64,000 nt of DNA, taken from assembly GCF_001194135.2 (NCBI RefSeq), contig NC_068983.1:157506764-157570763 (forward strand). Reading direction: 5' to 3'. A program made the position numbers and the translations under genes. Position 1 is the stretch's first letter. The number at the start of each line of letters is the position of its first letter. Origin of the DNA: Octopus bimaculoides (Eukaryota). Shown here piece by piece: positions 61,252 through 64,000 of this stretch. The notes beneath the pieces are model-generated. The model saw nothing but the letters and a program-made list of their open reading frames with translations, was not told the origin of the DNA and did no database searches.

Positions 61252-61412
61252 AAACTTCTATCCTTTCCAGCAGCTAGGTTTCCCTCTTCACTTTGTTATG
61301 TTTACTTCAACATTAAAACTCTTATGTAGTCCTGAACAGGCTAACTACTGGCTACCAAAAGCATCCAACTTAGAGATACTTGGATGTTATGCTCAAACTG
61401 AATTGGGACATG
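61252..61412 (+). CDS. ACOX1: ACOX1-like coding exon 3: NFYPFQQLGFPLHFVMFTSTLKLLCSPEQANYWLPKASNLEILGCYAQTELGH(G)
   Basis: TTCTACTTCCAG| at 61251 and G|GTGAGT at 61413. 161 nt, phase 2/1. Contains the acyl-CoA oxidase signature YAQTELGHG. The gene continues beyond the window. Confidence 0.95.
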
Positions 61413-61488
61413 GTGAGTTTGAATTCTGGGTTAAAAACAGCATGTATGCATGCATGTGCACGTGCGCACACACACACACAATCACACA

Positions 61489-61525
<37 letters not shown>

Positions 61526-62807
61526 ACATATACAAGTGTGTGTGTGTGTGTGTGTGTGCATGCTACTGTGCATAGGATGGGTAGTATATTTGTTAAATTT
61601 ATTTTAAATGTTCTACATTATTGAATTTGTCGATTCATTCAAAAATGATTTTTATAATATTAAAGGTAGTTACAGACAATGTTAAAAGGGCTCTTGTAAC
61701 CTTGGGTTATTGCAAAAAATCAAAAGAATTGCTATTGAATATTTCCAGCAGAGTAGCAAAGTTGTAAAAGCAAAAATACTGAAAATAATAATCAAAGCTG
61801 CCTCCCATGTTATGACATACCCTCATCACTATTATCTTCATCATATGTTTGTTTTTCATGCTGGTACGGGTTAGATTGTTCAATAGGAGTTGGATCAAAT
61901 TCCAATATCTGCTTTGGCATGGTTTCTATAGGCTGGATGCTCTTCCTGACACCAATGACTTTAAGAGTGTACTGGGAGCTTTTTACATGGCACCAGCACA
62001 AGTGAGTCACCAAATAACTTGCACAATAAGAAAAAGAAACTTTAGTGAAGGGGGAATAGTTTTGAGAGAGGTGGCTTTATGCCAGGTAACGAGAGGTTAA
62101 AGTATGATAGAGGCACAGGAATAGGTGTCTTGCTGTAGGGAGATACATAGTTGCCCCAACTAGAAAAGAACAAAGATGGTGGTGAAGTTGTGTCAGGGTG
62201 CACCCTCAATTTACAACAAGGTGAATATAAGACATGTTTGACTAAAACTGGTAAGCCAGAGAGAAACTAGTGCAGCCTCCTGGCTTACCAGTTCCAGTCA
62301 AACTACCTAACCCATGCCAGAATGGAAAGCAAATGTTAAATGATGATGTATTGATAGGCAAATAAGTTTGTGGGAATGAGAAAGAGAGTGGCACACTTTT
62401 TCGTATTTTTTTTGTGTTTTTTATAGCCCTCAGTACATGTGATGCATATTATTACATATATCTCTACCCATTTAAAATGTGAATCCAGTTTGTAATGCAG
62501 GCCCACACTATTTCATATGTCAGTTAGACATGACCTTGTAAAACATGTTAACCTATGCATGATTTTATTCTGTGGGATTTTTTTTTATCATTGTATTTAG
62601 ATGATGGAAGCTGTGCTCTTCACTATGAGTGAGCTATGAGCAACTTATAAATTTAGGAAAAAGCTTGCAGTAAGATCAGCATGCAGAGTGGTTCTAGTTT
62701 AGTGATGTACTTGGCAATTTTGTACTTTTCTAAATATCCTTTGTAATTGACCCTAAATGTATGAACTGCAAGTAAATCTATGATCTATTAACATGGAAGA
62801 ATAGTGG

Positions 62808-63007
62808 TGTCATCATCATCATCATCATCATCATCATCGTTTAACGTCCGCTTTCCATGCTAGCATGGGTTGGACGATTTGACTGAGGACTGGTGAAACC
62901 GGATGGCAACACCAGGCTCCAATCTAATTTGGCAGAGTTTCTACAGCTGGATGCCCTTCCTAACGCCAACCACTCAGAGAGTGTAGTGGGTGCTTTTACG
63001 TGTCACC
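62808..63007 (-). mobile_element. Family B repeat with (GAT)n tail, ending at a gap
   Basis: (CAT)n-CGTTTAACGTCCGCTTTCCATGCTAGCATGGG..GGATGCCCTTCCTAACGCCAACCACTC. Confidence 0.85.
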
Positions 63008-63411
63008 NNNNNNNNNNTTTTTTTTTTTTTTTTTTTTTTTTTTTTGTATGTGTTGAATTTCTTTTCTGGGATGAACATGCTAGTTACCTGCTTTTCAAAT
63101 TTGACTTTTCAGAAGTGGTCCGTTGGTTTCCTTTGTCTTAAATATACAAACCTCTCATGTTAATGTCTCCTATAGAATCACTTTTGTTATCTCTATTATT
63201 TTTAATCTTATTTCTATTTTTATTTTTCCTCTTCCTGCTTCCTAATGCTTTGTTAATATCAATATTTTAATAAGAATAAGTTTTTAAAATTTCTCACATA
63301 ACCTTTTACTTGCCTCACTACAACATGTAACTAATCCATTTTTTAAAATCTTTACAGTCTTTCTCAGTTATTTTTTTTATATGTAACAAACTGAATTAAT
63401 CATCATCATCA

Positions 63412-63446
<35 letters not shown>

Positions 63447-63902
63447 AATCATCATCATCATCATACATCCCATTCTCTGCTGGCATGGGTTAGATGGTTT
63501 GACAGGAGCTGGTTAGGCAGAAGACTGCGCCAGGCTTTGCGGTTTTTACAGCTGGAGGCCCTTCTTAACTCTAACCACCAAACAGAGTGGAGTGAATGCT
63601 TTTCACGTGGCATCAGCACATGGTATCGTTTTTACAGCTGGAAGCCCTTCCAAATGCCAACACCTTTACAGTGTAGATTGGATGCTTTTTATGTGGCACC
63701 AGCACCGGCAAGACCACCAAGTAACTTGCAAGACAAAAATCCTTTGAGAGGGTAGGGTTTATTGGAGGAGGTGACCTCGTGCAAAGAGAATAATCTTGAT
63801 ACAGTAATAATAATTACACTCTACTTGACACTGAGAAAATTTTTGTCTTCTTTGTACATTCAATTGTTGGACTTGTTACCATTGTTACTATAGTATAATA
63901 AG

Positions 63903-64000
63903 GTGGTGAGCTGACAGAATCGTTAGCACGTCAGGCAAAATGCTTAATGGCATTTTGTCCATCCTTACATTCTGAGTTCAAATTCCACTGAGGCTGACTT
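63903..64000 (+). mobile_element. SINE family A 5' part (truncated by the window end)
   Basis: GGTGGTGAGCTGACAGAATCGTTAGCACG..CTGAGTTCAAATTCC. Confidence 0.75.

Overview
AT-rich, microsatellite- and SINE-dense animal genomic DNA from a gapped scaffold. The repeat landscape (tRNA-derived SINE families, RTE/CR1/Dong/CRE LINE remnants, Penelope repeats, Helitrons) is most consistent with an octopus (coleoid cephalopod) genome; this is an inference. Two host genes sit head-to-head. A complete 5-exon adenylate kinase 2 (AK2) lies on the minus strand (ATG 37760, stop 16240; 741 nt, 246 aa, all GT-AG junctions in phase, including a 46-nt exon missing from the ORF track). The first three coding exons of a peroxisomal acyl-CoA oxidase (ACOX1-like) lie on the plus strand (ATG 51295; the gene continues past the window). 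The 13.5 kb between their start codons is a nest of mobile DNA. The most striking item is a 503-bp solo LTR (41518-42020) with TGTAGTGA..TCACTATA termini and a GTTG target-site duplication. It carries a perfect 7-unit heat-shock element followed by TATA, an initiator and AATAAA, all pointing at AK2, so it is a candidate heat-inducible retrotransposon promoter in a mollusc. Other notable items are foldback elements built from TTAGGG telomeric repeats (one just upstream of ACOX1), minimal hammerhead-ribozyme motifs in Penelope-type repeats (two as a 152-bp inverted pair in ACOX1 intron 1), a TIR element encoding a SAP domain, a Dong/R4 remnant in TAA repeats, and a near-identical 329-bp duplication of already decayed LINE sequence. 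All family assignments come from motif recognition, not database searches, and many repeat boundaries are approximate.
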